The position numbers were made by a program, and so were the translations under genes. Positions 1 through 13,689 of a stretch of 64,000 bases of DNA are shown here, piece by piece. Source of the DNA: Sminthopsis crassicaudata (Eukaryota); contig NC_133621.1 of assembly GCF_048593235.1 (NCBI RefSeq), forward strand, positions 177,741,958-177,805,957. The letters run 5' to 3'. Position 1 is the stretch's first letter; every line of letters starts with the position of its first letter. Below the pieces are notes generated by a model. That model had not been told where the DNA came from and did no database searches. It saw only the letters and a program-made list of their open reading frames with translations.

Positions 1-1114
1 TTGGTTCTTAAAGGAGGTAGTACTACCATATAACAATATTCCAGATGTTTAATTTTTCATTTTAGACACAATAGATCAGTATGCAAGAATGGCTTCACAA
101 GATGCACATGGTCTAAAAAGGAAACTGGCAGAAGTAGAAAGAGTATTAAATTAAAAGGTCGGGAGACATGGTTTACACTCTCAGTTCTAGTACTAATGAT
201 GATATTACTTTGGGCAAATAATTTTCTCTCTATAGCTCTCATTTATAAAATGAAGGGGTTAAATTAAGTGATGTCTAAGATACTCCCTACACTGAAATTC
301 TATTTTTTAAATTAAGCTAATTAAATGATTATGCAGTTATTAGCTTACCTAAGACCTTTTCAAAGGAATATGAGAAAATTATCTTAGCTGATGTAAATGC
401 TAATTTCTGGAATACAGACAAAAATGGAAATACCATGAAATTAAATCTTTGAATTTTTCTCCTGATTTTAGAAAATCATCAATATAAAAACCAAACTAGT
501 ATTTTAAATCCTTTCTAGAAGCCTAGCAACTTATTGGTATAGTTTAAAAAAATAATCTTTAGGTCACTGTTGTACTAATATAAAAATCAGCCCACTCAGT
601 TGAGGAGAAACAGATGTGTAAATACAGTAATTATCCATGTAAATTATCAAAGAGGCAATTAGGATTAGTGAACTGAAAATTGACCCTGGAATCAGGAAGA
701 CTAGAAACCCACTTCTGCTACTACAAGGGTAAGTCTCTTGAACTTTTAGTGCCTCAGGCAACTCTCCACTACATTAAGGATGGCCCATCTGCAGCAGAGA
801 AAAGAGCTATCACACCAAGGAGCATGGCACCAATGAAATAACAGGTCTGGAAAACAAATGCCAGCAACAAAAGATCAATAATATTGTTTTAAATTATCAA
901 AATAAGTATATACATTTAATGTTTACAATGCTATTTAAAATTTTGAAAGTAGATTCAATAAGATTTTTTTTTAATTTCATGGTGTTTAGTTATGCTAATG
1001 ATAATAAAACATGTTGAAATAATCTGAGTTAAGTACAAAGCTTTGATGTCTTTTCAGTAACTAGGCTAATTTTTCATCCAGAACTGTAGAAGCATATATG
1101 CAAATTTTCAGATT

Positions 1115-1246
1115 NNNNNNNNNNNNNNNNNNNNNNNNNNNNNNNNNNNNNNNNNNNNNNNNNNNNNNNNNNNNNNNNNNNNNNNNNNNNNNNNNNNNNN
1201 NNNNNNNNNNNNNNNNNNNNNNNNNNNNNNNNNNNNNNNNNNNNNN
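1115..1246. other. Assembly gap
   Basis: Run of N. Confidence 1.
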
Positions 1247-1254
1247 AACAATAA

Positions 1255-3375
1255 AAAAGTCACATTGGAGTGGAGAGATTTGAGGCAGGTATACTGGTCA
1301 GAAGGCCCTTGCAACAATACAGAGGTGAGGTGATGGTGACTTTCACCAGCTGTTGACTGTATAATGGAAAGAAGGGAAAGTATTCAAGGAATAATACTGA
1401 GGTAGAAGCAATAGAATTTTGCAACAGATTAGATAACTGAAATGAGTAAAAGTGAAGAGTCAAGAATGACTCCATGAAAATGAAAATAATGGTACTCACA
1501 ACAATGATAAGAAAAATAGGAAGAAGGAAGGGCATGGCAGAAAAAGCAATTTGAGTTTACTTTTGGATATACTGAGTTAAGATGTCCACAGGACATCCAA
1601 TTAGAATTGCAGTAGTATAAGTCAGGAGAGAGGTTATGGATGGATAAATAGGTCTGAATCATCTGCAGAAATAATTGATACCATAAGAACTGAGGAGATC
1701 ACTAAGAAAAATAATAGAAAGCAGAAGAGAAGAGGGCTAAGGAGAGAGCTGTGGAGTAAAAAAAAAATTAATAGGCACAACCCGTTTGACTGAAAAGATG
1801 CAATTATACAGGTAATTAGGAGGAGAATTAGAAAAGAGCAGTGTAATAAAAACCAAGAAAGAATTAATAAAGAGGTCAAAAATAATGCAGGACTGAGAAA
1901 TAGTTATTAGATTGGGCAATTAAGAGATTATTAATAATTCTGTAGAGAAGAGTTTCAGTTGAATTATGAGATTAAAAACCAGACTGGAGAGAGTTTAGAA
2001 GAGAGCAACTAGAAGCATTAATTGTATTGGGCATTCTCAAGTTTAGCCACGGAAGAGAGAAGGGATATAGGACAGTAACTATAAGGAATGGTCAGAACTA
2101 ATGAGAGTATTTTTTTTTTTTTGCTTAGGCAGTTGGGGTTAAGTGAAAGTATTAAGTGTCAGTCTGAATTTGAACTAAGGTCCTCCTGACTTCAGTGATG
2201 CTCTTTCCACTATACCATTTAATTACCCCAAGGGTATTTTTAAAGATGGGAAAGGGATGAGTATATTTGTAAACAGAAGGAAAGCAGTCATTGGGCAGGG
2301 AAATAGTGACAATTAGTGATACAATGGAGATGATGGGAGAGAATATTCTCAATAGTGCATATAATGCATAAACTGGAGTTTGCTTTGGTAAGTAGAGGTG
2401 GCATCTCTTCATCTGAGAACAAAGTTGAAGGAAAAAACTAAAAGGAGAAATCATCTGACAAAGAAGATGGAGCTCATACTCTCAATTTTTTTTTGAATTT
2501 TTGAAATATGAGGCAAAGTCTTCAGCTGAGACAGGGATGATAAGGGGTACTGCAAGAGCCTTGATATGGGTGAAAAAAATTGGAATAGTCACTATGATAA
2601 TTGAGATAAAAGAATGTGTGTTCAGTTAGGAAAATGGAAAAAGATTGCTTTGTTGCAGTAAAGGTCCAGGAAAAAATAGGAAAAGTAATTGTATTGTTCC
2701 CAGGTAGTGTGGTTTTATATTTTTCTCCAGCTCTGTTCAGCAATAAGAATGAAAGCAATAGATGGTAAGAACAATCTAAAGATGGGACTTGGCATAGTTT
2801 GAGCAATGATAAAAGCACAAGGGACTTCAATGGAGAGGAGAGAATTAAATGGGTTCAAATTCAAACTGAAATGGGGTCCATTAAACTGTATATAATGAGA
2901 CCTTTGGGTATAAGTTGATTTAGAAAATCACCTTACTTTTACCTGTGTTTGATTGTATTTTTACTTGTTTTTAAAAATATTTCTCAATTATATTTTAATC
3001 TTGTTCAGGCTATACTTGGGAATGTTTGAGGATGCATATATCCCATCGGTAGCATATTTGACATTAATGGGTTGAGATAGTGAAGGCAGAAAACTGAACT
3101 TTGATCATGAGATAGCCTAGAAAAGAATTGAGGCATTGGAGGTTATTATGAAGATAAAGTTATGCATTGCAAGATAGAGAGAAAAAATAAAGTGATAAAA
3201 GATGATAATTATTAAAGAAATTTTATAATTCATGGGCATAGAAGTGGAAAATTTGTGGATGTTAAGTATATAACCATGTCTGTGCATGAATGAGGTGGAA
3301 TGTAAGAATAAACAATATTGATGATGTCAAAATGAATAGATTGAGGAATTCGCACTTTCAGGTATTTGAAGGAGT
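1255..3375 (-). mobile_element. Long degenerate L2 LINE
   Basis: Purine-rich L2 text (gatttgaggcagg, gagatgaccacaggacatccaattagaa-like, ggagatcact) over about 2 kb; ends approximate. Confidence 0.6.
2110..2229 (-). mobile_element. WSINE1-like SINE with internal deletion, inserted in L2
   Basis: T tail, ggcagttggggttaagtga then jumps to agtattaagtgtc; gtattttt repeated on both sides. Confidence 0.75.
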
Positions 3376-4236
3376 ATCAGTATGTATTCTGAAAACCCAT
3401 GGTATGAGGACAGGATTTGGAGTAAAGAGAAAGATACCTTTGTCCTAAAGGTATCATGGGATTCACTAGATAATAGCGACCAGAATGTTGATTGGACCAT
3501 AAATTTAGATTGAATGAATCTCTACGTGGGAGAGATTTCTGAGATATGCCTGTCAGTGCAAGTGTACTTACTGTAAGTAAGGTGAGAGCCAGGTAAATGA
3601 ATTTTATCAATGGCTATTTTCCTCGGTAACTTTAACCAGTCAATCAACTAATCACTCAGTAAGCATGAATTAAGTACCTACTATAAGCAAAATACTAAAC
3701 TAGGTGCTAATGATTTTAAAAGTCTTTAAGTAGAGCTCATCCTCCTTTGAAAATCATCAGTTAATTTAACAAATATGGAGAGAGCCTAACATCAAAGACA
3801 ACACAGAAAAGTAACTCTGATTTTAATAATGTAGCTTTAGATAATCTTATCACTGGCTAGTTAAGGTCACTTTATAGTTTGAAGATATAAAAGGGGCCTT
3901 TCCGCCTTTATTTAGCTTTTTTGAAATTTTACATACATATATACATATATATTTACTACTACACAATCATGTCAGAAGGGAAGTGAAAAAGAATACTTTA
4001 TTCACAGCTGGTTCAAGTTTTGATTTAACTACTTATTATTTCTGTGACCTTAAACTTAATCTCTTTAATTCCTTTTTCTCATCTATAAAGACTTCTTATA
4101 GCCCTACATCTGATTCTATGATCATACATATCATGTATATCTACAAAACAGGTTTTATATGAATAAAGTTATATAAATGTGTAGAGGTGAAAATGTTTGG
4201 AAATTTTAAGTATTAATTTTTTTGTTTCTGTGTCAG

Positions 4237-4419
4237 GTGACTGACCATGTGGATGGTAAACATGTCATTGTTCAATTTCATGAATGGCAGGCAGGAACTG
4301 GACTAATTCTTTCTAGAGCCAGAAGACTTCCTATTGCCACAATATTTACAACTCATGCAACACTGCTTGGAAGGTACCTCTGTGCAGCTAATGCTGATTT
4401 CTACAATCACCTTGATAAG
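4237..4419 (+). CDS. GYS2: GYS2 coding exon 4 (183 bp)
   Basis: cag|GTG...AAG|gtaaaa; [63 protein letters not shown]3 glycogen synthase motifs FHEW and FTTHAT; liver-isoform wording. Confidence 0.97.
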
Positions 4420-4837
4420 GTAAAATAATTCTCTCATTCCTTTCTTCCTCTTCTTGTCCCTTTGTTATTTTTAATGATGAATGATTAGGATGATTGATTC
4501 TGATTTTGCTGAGATCAGATTGCAGAACTCACCTTCTAAACAATCAGTGTTCATAACCATGTTCCTCCTAGAAAATCAGACATCTAGTAAATGGCATGTG
4601 AAACATGGCACAATTCTAATCTTTCAAAGAATACATCATTTGGGGCTATACAATTTAAATCATTTGAAGTATTTAGAAGATTTGTGGAGGAATTCTGGGT
4701 CCACAGTTACGGGATGTCCTCAGCTTCTCCCATGTTTAAAAATGTGTTGAGTGTGATAATGTATGTCATTATCCCATGAGTGGAAAGAATGTTACAGAAT
4801 GCTCTCAGTTTCTTACTTTTATTGGTAATGCAGCTAT

Positions 4838-5022
4838 GGGGGTAGCTAAGTGCACAGTGAATAAAGTGCTGAGTATGGAGTCAGAAAAACTCTTCTTCCC
4901 AAGGTCAAATGTGGCCTCAGACATTTAGTATGTGTAAACTTAGGCAAGTCACTTAACTTTGCCTCAGTTTCCTCATCTGTAAAACGTGCTGGAGAAAGAA
5001 AGGGCAAACCACTCTAGTATCC
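4838..5022 (+). mobile_element. MAR1-like CORE-SINE
   Basis: ggcctcagacatttag...ggcaagtcacttaac...tggagaaagaaagggcaaaccactctagtatc. Confidence 0.7.
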
Positions 5023-6178
5023 CCCAGTGATTTGGAGATATAGCATACATAAGATCTGGTGGAAGTTGGAAGGCTTGTCTCTTTCTCTTGTCCTAGTGAT
5101 ACTACCTTTATCCACGCTCTGGGCATCAGGGAGATTCTAGGTTTGAGCCTAAGTTTGAGCCTTCTCTCCTCCCAATCCTAAATAAATAAGTGGCTGGGAT
5201 TTCATATGATGTATCAGTATTTGTTATGTCCTTGTAATCCTTCTGGAGATAAATATGACATGTAGGCAATGGAAGGAAGGGTATAATGAAATCTGGAATG
5301 TAATTCAAAAAGAACATATCCATATATCCCTTGGTAGTCACACATTTATTTGTACTCACCTTAAAATATGAACACAAAATCGTTCCATTTGGCATCCTTC
5401 CATTTTACTTGACCAATTGGATGGTTTGCCTTTCTGCATATTTATTTAGTTCTTCAGAATAATAATCTATGTGGTTCTAATCTCAAATCTTCTAATAGCT
5501 AAACCAGGTAAATTATCTCATCTCCCTGATGCATAGATTTTTCTCATGTATCAAATAAGGAAGTTGTAATAGAGGAACTCCTAACTCTAGTAGTTTATGA
5601 TAATTCTAAGAACAGTTCTATGCAAAAGAACACAGGTGTGTTTGGGGGTTGGGTGGATGGGAGTATGTTCAGATAAGAATGGAAAGTATCATTTTCATTT
5701 CAAAGGTATTCTTCATTTAGAAAAAGCTCATAACAAAAAAACTTAGCATTCATAAAGCAATCAGTGACAGCTTCCCTGGATAAAAAAGGTCATCAGACCC
5801 AAAGGTCAGATGATAAATGTAGGAATTCATTTAAAATATACTCATTTAGGAATTGATAGGCAGCCAGGTCTTCAGAGAATTTTCTAACTGCTTTCTAGAA
5901 GGTGATTACTAAGGTCAAACCAGTGATCTGTGACAAACCTGACGTTTGTGTGAGACAAGGTATCTGAAGGGCACAAGACACTTTTTCTTTAAAATCAGCC
6001 ACAGTATGATAAATAATAACAATAGACTGTAAATCAAATTACTTCTCCTTCAGAAATGTTTTTCTCCATGTGGATGCAATAAAGGACATTCACATTATAA
6101 TTTTTATTCTTTTGGGAAAAAGAAATAAGCTTATCCTTATTTATTTTATATTGCTTATTTTATATTACTATTATTTAT

Positions 6179-6746
6179 TTATTTACTTTTGTTCTGCTGG
6201 ATTATGGTTTTTTGTTATAGCTTTTTATTTACAAGATATATGCATAGGTGATTTTTCAGTATTGACAGTTGCAAAACCTTTTATTCCAATTTCTCCCCTC
6301 CTTCCCCCCATCCCCTCTCCAGATGGCAGGTTGACCAATACATGTTAAATATGTTAAAGNNNNNNNNNNNNNNNNNNNNNNNNNNNNNNNNNNNNNNNNN
6401 NNNNNNNNNNNNNNNNNNNNNNNNNNNNNNNNNNNNNNNNNNNNNNNNNNNNNNNNNNNNNNNNNNNNNNNNNNNNNNNNNNNNNNNNNNNNNNNNNNNN
6501 NNNNNNNNNNNNNNGGTGTACTAAAAGAATCAGACTTTGAAACAGTGTACAATTAGTCTGTGAAGGAAATTAAAAATTCAGGCAGACAAAAATAGAGGGA
6601 TTGGGAATTCTATGAGGTGATTCATAGTCATCTCCCAGAGTTCTTTTCCTGGGTGTAGTTGGTTCAGTTCATTAATGCTCTATTGGAACTGATTTGGTTC
6701 CTCTCATTATTGAAGAGGGTCACATCTATCAGAATTGATCATCATA
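6179..6746 (-). mobile_element. 5'-truncated L1 3' end (interrupted by N gap)
   Basis: Terminus agctttttatttacaagatatatgcat; TSD TACTATTATTTAT at 6166-6178 and 6747-6759. Confidence 0.8.
6360..6514. other. Assembly gap
   Basis: Run of N inside an L1. Confidence 1.
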
Positions 6747-7149
6747 TACTATTATTTATAAGAAAATTAAAAATAGTATGATACAAAAGACAAAATTCCT
6801 ATAATGGGTTTAAATTCTATTTTAGGTGACATATAGAAGAATATCAAGTGATATACATATATGCTTTTAAAATACAGTAGTGCCAAGTGGTTTATTGTTT
6901 AGTTTCTCTTTGAAGGTACCTGAACCAGCTCCATAGCCCCACTTAAATTGAGTAGGAAGGCAAACTAAGATATGATAATAGATAAGCACAAGAAAAATAT
7001 TCAACTTTTATATAGATTGAAGGAATGACTTATGTTATTTAAAATATAATCAAAACTGATTAAAATTGTTTTATTTGCCTCTTCCCGGGGACATTGACAT
7101 CACTTCATAAAAATATGTCATCTAAAGGAATATTGTCAGTTTGTGAAAT

Positions 7150-8135
7150 TTTTTTTCATTAAAATTTTTTTAATTTAAAATTCTCAATTCCAAATTCCAT
7201 TTTTTCCTCTCTTTTTCCCATTCCTGAGATGCCAAGAAAGATAAAGGTTATTCATGTGCAATCATGTGAAACATTTCCATGTTAATCATTTTGAACAAGA
7301 AGACTCAAATAAAAAAAAAGTGAAAAATAGCATGCTTCAATCTATATTCAAACATTATCAATATACTTCATCATTACTCCTTTGGGATTGTCTTGGATCT
7401 TTGTTTTGCTGAGAATAACTAAGTCATTCACAGTTCTTTAAAATCATTCACTTATTGCTATTACTTTGTACAATGTTCTCCTGGTTCTGTTTATTAAGCC
7501 ATGTGTTAGGTCAAGTAAGTCCAGATTTTTCTGAGATCATTCTGTTTGTCATTTCTTATAACAATAATATTCTATTACAATCACATACCACAGTTTGCTA
7601 ATTCATTCCCCAGTTGATGGGCATCCCTTCTATTTCTTAGCTAATACAAAAAGATCTGTTATAGATTTTTTTTTGTACAAATAGTTCCTTTCCTCCTTTT
7701 TTGTATCTATTTAGAACATAGACCTATCAGTGGTATTTTCAAAAGGTATACACATTTTATAGCCTTTTGGTCATACCACTAAATTGCACTCCAGAATAGT
7801 TGGATCGATTCACAATTCTACCAGCACTGCATCAATGTCCCAGTTTTCCAACATCCCCTTCTATCTCCAACATTTTCCTTATTTGTCATATTAGTCACTC
7901 TGCTATATATGAGGTGGAACCTCAGAGTTGTTTTAATTTGCATTTCTCTGATCAATAGTGATTTAAAGTATATTTACATATGATTATAGATAGCTTTGAT
8001 TTCTTCATCTGAAAACTGTCTGTATATATCCTTTGAGTATTTGTCAACTGGGGAATAACTTATATTTTAATAAATTTGACTCAATTCTCTATATATTTGA
8101 GAAATGAGGCTTTTATCAGAGATACTTCATACTTG
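7150..8135 (-). mobile_element. Older L1 3' region
   Basis: Reverse-strand L1 3' UTR and ORF2 C-terminal text (aaattgcactccagaatagttggatc; cctcagagttgttttaatttgcatttctctg); ends approximate. Confidence 0.75.
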
Positions 8136-10623
8136 TTAATTTGTTAAGGCGAAGAGGAAAGTCATTTTTTTCACCTTTACCTCCTATCAGTTTATTCAGC
8201 TGTCCATCATACAACCTCCCAACCATAATGACATAGGAATATCTCTATAGCAAAAAAGCACCTCGTACTTTTTTTTGCTTTTATGGTCCATTGTCTTGAA
8301 TGTACATAGAGCTAAATGATTTCCCAGATAAAAAGGTGTGGGGGTAGTGCTGTTTCAGAGGGAGGAGAGGTAGAAGTATCTTTAAACATTAGTGCTCTTG
8401 ATTCTGTTTTCCCATTTCCAATCAAACTTCAGGATACTTATCCCTAAATAAAGGGTTACACCTCAGGTAATCAGATAGTATACTAGCTAGAGCACTAAGC
8501 CTGGAGTTAGGAAGATCTGAGTTCAAATTTAGTCTCAGATACTAGATAGCTATGTGAACCAGGACACTTAGCCCCTGCTTGTCTCACTTCCTCGTACACC
8601 AGAGAAAGAAATGGCAAAACACTCCAGTGTCTTTGCCAAGAAAAATGCTATTATCACCTCAAATTTTCTGATAATTATACTTACCTGATCAAGTACTCAC
8701 TCAAACCCAGTTCCATTAGTCCTTCTCAATACAGAACTTAGAGTAGTAGAGCTTGAAGTAATTTGAGATATCATATATTCCAAACCACTTGTTTCAAAGA
8801 TGAAGAAAAAACTGAGGCCCTTAAACAAGTGGATTACCCTAGGTCACAGACTGTTCATTAATAGGGCAAGAAACTAGAATTCATCTCTTCTGATTCACAA
8901 TCCAGTGACTTCTAGACCTCTTTTTGTTACTCTACTTCACTTCTCAATCATTGAATTTGTTGTTCATTTTCTCCTCTGATTCTTGTGACCACTTTTTTGG
9001 GACTTTTATTGGGAAAGATACTAGAATAGTTTGCCATTTCCTTCTCCATTTTACAGATGGAGGAACTTAGACAAAAAGAGTTAAAATGCCTTGCCTACAG
9101 TAAGTGCTTAAGGTCAAATTTGAACTCAGAAAGAGAAGAAAGATCTTGACTCTGGGCCCACTATGCACCTAGCTTACCAACATATGTCTGACTAAATCAG
9201 TAATCTAGTTCATAATAAGGAAGAAGTGTAAAACTTACATGGCCCATCTTAATGCAACCTTATTGGTAGTGTTGGGAGTAGAGACAGATTTAATATAAGT
9301 CCAAGATTTTTTTATAGTAGAAAACTGCATTTGAAACATTCTAATAAACCACTCAAATACTGAAGAGCTATGATTCAGGACATATCAGGCCAAGAACACT
9401 AACTTATTATAAGCAGCAGCTTATACCAATGAATAAGATGGTAGATTGATTCTCCACCTACATGTAGCAGTGAACCAAGTACATTACAAACTGTACTCAC
9501 TGACTCACTGAGTCTCTAAGTGGCAGAGGTATCTTTAGATACCTCTTTAATTAATTACATAGAGCAGGGGACATTATTTTCACTTTAAAGGTAGATTTTT
9601 AGTATCTACCATGCCATGTGATCTTCAGCAAGAAACTTGACCTTCCTCATCTTTTATTTCCTAATCCATAAAACAAGGGGAATCCTTGCAGTTACAATAG
9701 GCTGTGAGCTTCTAGCATTACCAGGCAAAGCTTAAAAACAACAAAATTATAGAAGGAACCTCATTAAAGTGATAAAAAGGCAGTGAAAGAGTTTAATAGT
9801 ATCCACCATGACATATGAACTTTTTATATTGTTAACACTCAAATAAAAGTGAGACAATTAATTTTTATAGTTTCTTAAGGTTACCAAGAAAGTTAGACAA
9901 TAGCAGTAGGATCTAACAATTTATTTCTATGTGAATAGCTAATAGTAAAATGCTCTACAATTAATTTAATGAAGCATAAGGTGATCATGCAGGTCACAAA
10001 CTTAGGATAATCATTTTACTTCTATGAAATATGATTAATTATTATTCCTTATGCTGAGTTGAATTTTAGTATCTAATGTTTATGGGCAATATCCTCAGAC
10101 ATTATGAGACTTTAAGATCTCAAGGGAAAGAAATAGTATAATTTCTTTTTTTAAGCATGGGAGATGAATGTACTAAGTAATTACAGAGTATTAATATTAT
10201 TTAATTTTTTGTTAAATAATTTAAATAGGAAGTAAAGAAATAATTTTTGTAGTTCCTGAAAGGTCTTTTAATTACAAACTCCCTTGCAAGCCTGGTAAAG
10301 CTTAAGAATCTCTTCTCAGAATTATGTTTTGAAATCATAAAATAAAATATATAGAATTCCAAAGGAAACCAGTAATATTGAAATACAGTTATCAAAGTAT
10401 ATTTTTAAAAATAGGCTTAGAGGCCTCAAGTTTGAAATCCCTGATTTTGCTGAACCTTCGAGAACAACATCTTTGATCTCATTCTAAAAAGTAAGGTTCT
10501 TTCTTTCTTTCTTTTTTTTTTTTTTTCTATTTGATTACATTTGTTTCAATGACTTTCTGTAGGTCTGTGGACCTAAGATTCATAGAGTAAAAATTATTAC
10601 TAGGGAGGAGGAAATGTGGAAGA

Positions 10624-10625
10624 GC

Positions 10626-10660
<35 letters not shown>

Positions 10661-10679
10661 CGCGCGCGCGCACGTGCAT
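10624..10679. repeat. Compound (TG)13(CG)9 microsatellite
   Basis: 56 nt of uninterrupted purine-pyrimidine alternation. Confidence 0.95.
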
Positions 10680-12133
10680 TGTTGGGGGTGTTGTGTGGGG
10701 ATGCCTGGGGGAGATGTAGGGTGACTTTAAGAAGAAAGAGGGAGCTGGTAGGTATCAGAATGAAGAGGAAAAATGGCATTTCTCTGGATGCCCATATGTT
10801 AGTTTCATATTATGAGATAAATACATTAAAAATGTTAATAATATCAGAAATCTACTTGAAAGATCTCTTGAGATCATCAATTATCCATATTTCATGCCTT
10901 AAGAAACACTATTCACTTACAAGTTTGAGGGTTATAGACCTTGATAAAAATTTAATGTGAGACAGATAACTTCCACATTCTACAAAAAGGAGGGCTAATA
11001 TATTCCAGTGATTAAGTGAACAGTGAGACACAAGAAGACAGTTCTTGCTTAGGAGCAGGAAGGATAGATTTTAAATACTTCAGTGAGTGAGAATAAATTT
11101 AAAAAATATGATTCAAATCAGATTGATACCAGTTTATTTAGGAGACTTAAGTTAAAAGAATGGAAGTGATAAAGAAAACCAGTTAGGGAGAAAGGATACA
11201 GGCTAGTAAGTTAGTGTCAGATTAGAAGATAATATAACAAAGTGTACCAGGGAACTGAGTTATCAAGCACAATTGGTCTCTAAATCTTTTTTTCTTTTTT
11301 ATTATAGCTGCTTATTTATGAAGGAATGAGCTTATTTACACATGCTCATAGTTTATTTACACATGCTGTCATAGTCTGAGAGGACCTCTCCTAATTAAAG
11401 CATACTTTCCAGGTCATGTACTCATATAACAAATCTCAGGGTCACACCTGAGATGGAAATTGAGTCTTCACCTCAGGGTGACAATATCTAGGAGGTTGCC
11501 CTTTATCCAGCTGATTCTCCTTTGGTCCACCACCATTCCTATGCCTTGTGGTTCTCAGACAATCTGTATTGCTTGGTACAACTATTCCTGATCTGTCACC
11601 TGACTCTAGACCATCATTCTACACTTAAGGTCCCATTACCAAGAAGCTTATCTATTGGCACCCAGCTTTCTCTATTAGTGGGCCCCTATTCTAATGCCCA
11701 GGAAAAGATGGATGGGAGGAAAGGCTAATAAACAGCTTGTCTTGGTAAGATAAGTTTGTCTATTGGCTAATACATTAGCTTCACAGAAACTGGAGCATTT
11801 CACATGTATTTCTGTCAGCACTAATAGTTTGGTTTTCGGTGCTGGAATAGAAACTATAACAACATACAATTTAGATTTGTTTCCTGAAGCTCTCAGCATA
11901 TGAGTGGACTTGTCTGATGCTTGGTTTATAAATCCCACTCCTCTCCCACCCTCACCCAGTTAAATTTTCCCCTAGAATTAAAAATTCCTACTCATGGTTT
12001 TGATAAGACTTGAAACATCACAGACACTTTTCCCTTATCAGAGTGCCTCAAATAACAAATGCAATGAGAAAGATTTGTTCTACTTCTATGGAGGAGGTTC
12101 AACAGAGGCAAATGTGTGTATTTTGTTTAACAG

Positions 12134-12278
12134 TTTGATATAGATAAGGAAGCTGGAGAGAGACAGATTTACCATCGGTACTGCATGGAGAGAGCTTCTG
12201 TTCATTGTGCTCACGTGTTCACCACGGTTTCTGAAATCACTGCCATAGAAGCTGAACACATGCTGAAAAGAAAGCCTG
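12134..12278 (+). CDS. GYS2: GYS2 coding exon 5 (145 bp)
   Basis: cag|TTT...CCT G|gtaatt; [48 protein letters not shown]; not in ORF track. Confidence 0.97.
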
Positions 12279-12680
12279 GTAATTGTCATCTACATGGTCT
12301 GTTACTACATGGTCTGTCACAGGGCTCCGAAATTGATGGATAAAGTGGTGGAAACATGGAGGGACCGGGAAGAATGATATGGTACTTCTTACTTTCAGCA
12401 GCCAGGTGGTACAGTGGGTGGAGTTCTGGGCTTGATATCACTGAGATCAAAATACAAATTCAAACTCAGATACTTATTATCTGGGTGACCTTGGCCAGGT
12501 CACTTAATCTCTTCCTGTCTCTGTTTCCTCATCTGTAAAATGAGAATATTATTTGTAAGGCATTTTTCAAAACTTAAGTTGCAATGTGAATTCAAGTTAT
12601 AATCATAACTAATATTATTTTCATTCACATCCATATATTCAATTATAGATGATCATTTGAACAAAATGCCATTTTATACC

Positions 12681-12950
12681 CTTGTTGTGGTGGTTGTTTA
12701 GTCATTTCAGTCACATCTGGTTCTTTATTTACCCCCCCCCCCCCAACACACACACCTTTTAGGAAGTTTCTGGGCAAAGATGCTGGAATGCTTTGCCATT
12801 TTTTTTTTTTCTAGCCTATTTTACTGATAAGGAAAATGAAGCAAACCTAGTTAAGCCCAGGGTCATACAACTAGTGTCTGAGGATGGACTTGAACTCAGA
12901 TCTTCCTGATTCTAGACCTCATATTCTATCCATTGCACCACCTAGTTGTC
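12681..12950 (-). mobile_element. MAR1-like CORE-SINE
   Basis: ttgtttagtcatttcagtcac 3' end, CORE and tRNA head; 12-bp TSD CCATTTTATACC at 12669-12680 and 12951-12962. Confidence 0.8.
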
Positions 12951-13689
12951 CCATTTTATACCACATAAAATAGTATAAAATACCATTCTCTATGCATATA
13001 TAGAATAATATATACTTAGACATTTTATACATTTCTGAGATCATTTACATGGGTGCTCTCTTCCTATGCAGATCACAACATCTCTACATCTTCTCATTTT
13101 GGATAATTTTGATTCATGTTTTTCAATAAATCCTTCTGAAAGGGCCCACTATTCTCTGCAGCCCTTCCTCTTTTTTTAAAAAAAAAATATATCTTAAGGA
13201 TATTAATGCAATAATTTAACTTTCTCATTACATCTTATTTTCATTTTGTGATTGCCTTATTTCTTTTTGAAAGCAGATCTTTGATGATGTCCCTTAGTTA
13301 TGCATATCATGTACATAATTCTTGTTTTCTGCAGCATTTAATGGAAATTATTAGATTTTATCCATCCTTTAGATTATAATCTCTTTGAGGACAGGGACTG
13401 TCTTTCTTTTTATTAATTATATCCCCAGCATTTAACATTGTGTCTGGCAAATAGTAGATGCTTAATAAATAATTGTTGGATTGGATTAGAAATCACAATT
13501 AAACTATTTGTAGTATAAAAAGTGAATTGTCACAATGAGTTTAAGCCAGAAAATTCTATTTAAGGAAACTTAAACCTGGACCTTCACCTGAAAATGGAAA
13601 TCAAGATTACTTTTTAAAAATAGGTCAATCACTATGAGAACTCTTTTCTTGGCTTCTCCTTACCTTTTCAGTCTCCTTAAACGTTATCC

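Noticed and set aside
1-4236. GYS2 exon 3
   Set aside because: No VHFGRWLIEG-like coding text found; presumed upstream of the window
10616-10960. MEERVCVCVC...ARARAR ORF
   Set aside because: It is the translation of the (TG)n(CG)n microsatellite
11000-11960. Possible solo LTR (also 55780-56360 and 49910-50330)
   Set aside because: LTR-like composition, TATA and AATAAA motifs, but I could not define TG...CA ends, a TSD or a family; needs RepeatMasker
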